A stretch of DNA of 37,344 nt from a virus (lineage: Duplodnaviria > Heunggongvirae > Uroviricota > Caudoviricetes). The position numbers were made by a program, and so were the translations under genes. The notes beneath the pieces were generated by a model. The model saw only the letters and a list, made by a program, of their open reading frames with translations, did not search any database and was not told where the DNA came from. The stretch is from the IMG/VR virus record IMGVR_UViG_2778261692_000005; one strand, given 5' to 3'. Below, piece after piece: positions 35,990 to 37,344 of this stretch (its first letter is position 1; every line of letters begins with the position of its first letter).

Positions 35990-36337
35990 ATGAAAGTAAA
36001 AAAGGTTCAACTATTAGTTACTTTTTTATCTATGTTTTCTTTTTCCGCCGTCGCAATGCCTTTTAAAACTATTGAACGTGAGAGTTTCAATGGGGTATGG
36101 CCATTTAATACTGATGAGGTTCAATTACAGTGTCTTGATGGTAATCCTTATGTGATGAATTTTGACGATAATAAGTTATATGCACTTACAGGTTTGGCTC
36201 GAATAAAAGGTAAAACATTTGGTGCGTTACCGTTAGATAACAATAATCCATTTTGGCTAGATAATGATGCCGCCCCAGGGTTAAAAAAGAGTCTGGGGGA
36301 TGTCACTAAGGCTGCATTTGATTTATGTGATAAGTAA
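35990..36337 (+). CDS. secreted/periplasmic cargo protein (115 aa) with signal peptide and two Cys
   Basis: MKVKKVQLLVTFLSMFSFSAVA signal peptide; mature domain with C…C pair; tentatively DUF2511-like from memory. Confidence 0.6.
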   Translation: MKVKKVQLLVTFLSMFSFSAVAMPFKTIERESFNGVWPFNTDEVQLQCLDGNPYVMNFDDNKLYALTGLARIKGKTFGALPLDNNNPFWLDNDAAPGLKKSLGDVTKAAFDLCDK

Positions 36338-36342
36338 CTAAA

Positions 36343-37344
36343 ATGTCGGTTCGTAAGATTCCATCAGGTAAATGGCTTTGCGAATGTTATCCCTACGGGG
36401 CATCGGGAAAACGCATTCGTAAACAGTTTGCGACAAAAAGTGAGGCGCTCTCTTATGAGCGCCGTTTAATGAATAGTAGAGTTGGAGACGAGTTTCAAGA
36501 TGGTTCTGGTCCTCGTCTTTCTGAGTTGATTGCTCGTTGGTTTGAGATGTACGGTAAAACCTTGTCCTCTGGTGCAGAGCGCAAAGTCAAACTTGAGGCG
36601 ATTTGTTCCAGGCTGGGAGATCCATTTGCTTCTCAGTTTGACAAAAATATGTTTGCTACTTATCGGGAAAGAAGGCTATCAGGAGAATGGAATCCCAAGG
36701 GGAAGAAAAAACTTAGTGAAGCAACCGTTAATCGCGAGCAGTCATATCTACATGCTGTTTTTGCCGAACTGAAGCGCCTTGGGGAGTGGTCTGGTGAAAA
36801 CCCCCTGACTGGTATTCGCAAGTTTCGTGAGGAAGAAAAGGAACTGGCGTTTCTGTATGTAGATGAGATTGAACGCCTTCTGATTGCGTGTGATGAGTCA
36901 CGGAATAAAGATTTGGGGGTTGTTGTCCGTATTGGGCTTGCGACGGGTGCTCGGTGGAGTGAAGCAGAAGGATTAAAGCAATCTCAAGTACTGCCCGGTC
37001 GAATCACATTTGTTAAAACTAAAGGAAAGAAGAACCGCACTGTACCGATTTCACCTCAATTGCAGGCTATGCTTCCTAAAAAACGAGGAGCGCTATTTTC
37101 ACCATGTTATGAGGCTTTTGACGCTGCAATTAAGAGAGCGAAGATCGAGCTTCCTGATGGGCAATTAACTCATGTGCTACGTCACACGTTTGCCAGTCAT
37201 TTTATGATGCGGGGCGGAAATATTCTTGTGTTGCAAAAAATACTGGGGCATAGCGATATAAAAATGACTATGCGTTATGCGCATTTTGCTCCAGGTCATT
37301 TAGAGGCTGCTGTTGAATTGAACCCTTTTGACAATAGAGGGTAA
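36343..37344 (+). CDS. int: tyrosine integrase, P2 Int family
   Basis: 333 aa; …GKRIRKQF.TKSEA…, …LATGARWSEAEGL…, …VTFVKTKGKKNRTVPIS…, …HVLRHTFASHFMMRGG…LGH…MRYAHFAP…LNP match P2 Int including catalytic R…H-x-x-R…Y region. Confidence 0.9.
   Translation: MSVRKIPSGKWLCECYPYGASGKRIRKQFATKSEALSYERRLMNSRVGDEFQDGSGPRLSELIARWFEMYGKTLSSGAERKVKLEAICSRLGDPFASQFDKNMFATYRERRLSGEWNPKGKKKLSEATVNREQSYLHAVFAELKRLGEWSGENPLTGIRKFREEEKELAFLYVDEIERLLIACDESRNKDLGVVVRIGLATGARWSEAEGLKQSQVLPGRITFVKTKGKKNRTVPISPQLQAMLPKKRGALFSPCYEAFDAAIKRAKIELPDGQLTHVLRHTFASHFMMRGGNILVLQKILGHSDIKMTMRYAHFAPGHLEAAVELNPFDNRG

Larger units (their letters stand above)
1900..37344. mobile_element. P2-like (Peduovirus-type) prophage; tRNA-proximal boundary uncertain (somewhere 1004-2015), int-proximal att lies beyond the window end
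   Basis: Contiguous set of P2-family structural, lysis, replication and lysogeny genes with P2-like integrase at the distal end and ogr at the tRNA-proximal end. Confidence 0.85.

Overview
The window opens with an E. coli-type chromosomal locus (pgsA, then the glyW-cysT-leuZ tRNA operon with its promoter and terminator, 1-1072) and the rest is an apparently complete P2-like myovirus prophage of about 35 kb that runs to the window end (integrase 36343-37344). I recognised capsid and packaging genes (Q, P, O, N, M, L), a lysis cassette (holin, M15-type endolysin, overlapping Rz/Rz1 spanins), tail and baseplate genes (X, R, S, V, W, J, I, H, tfa, FI, FII, E/E', T, U, D), ogr, replication gene A, and a lysogeny module (XRE repressor, Cox-like, RHH, Int). 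Accessory content sits at the classical P2 variable positions: a Pin/Gin-type invertase with an invertible tail-fibre segment bounded by hix-like 26-bp sites, a hok-like type I toxin beside ogr, a ParM/ParR actin-type partition cassette, and three clusters of unassignable cargo genes. The best candidates for an undescribed system are the translationally coupled operon parM-parR-orf143-orf163-orf87 with the convergent orf174 between gene A and portal gene Q, and the two-gene cargo (membrane-anchored 216-aa protein and secreted 115-aa protein) between repressor and integrase. All homology calls come from reading the translations and recalling family signatures; no database search, GC calculation or structure prediction was run, and coordinates of non-coding features are approximate (plus or minus a few bp).
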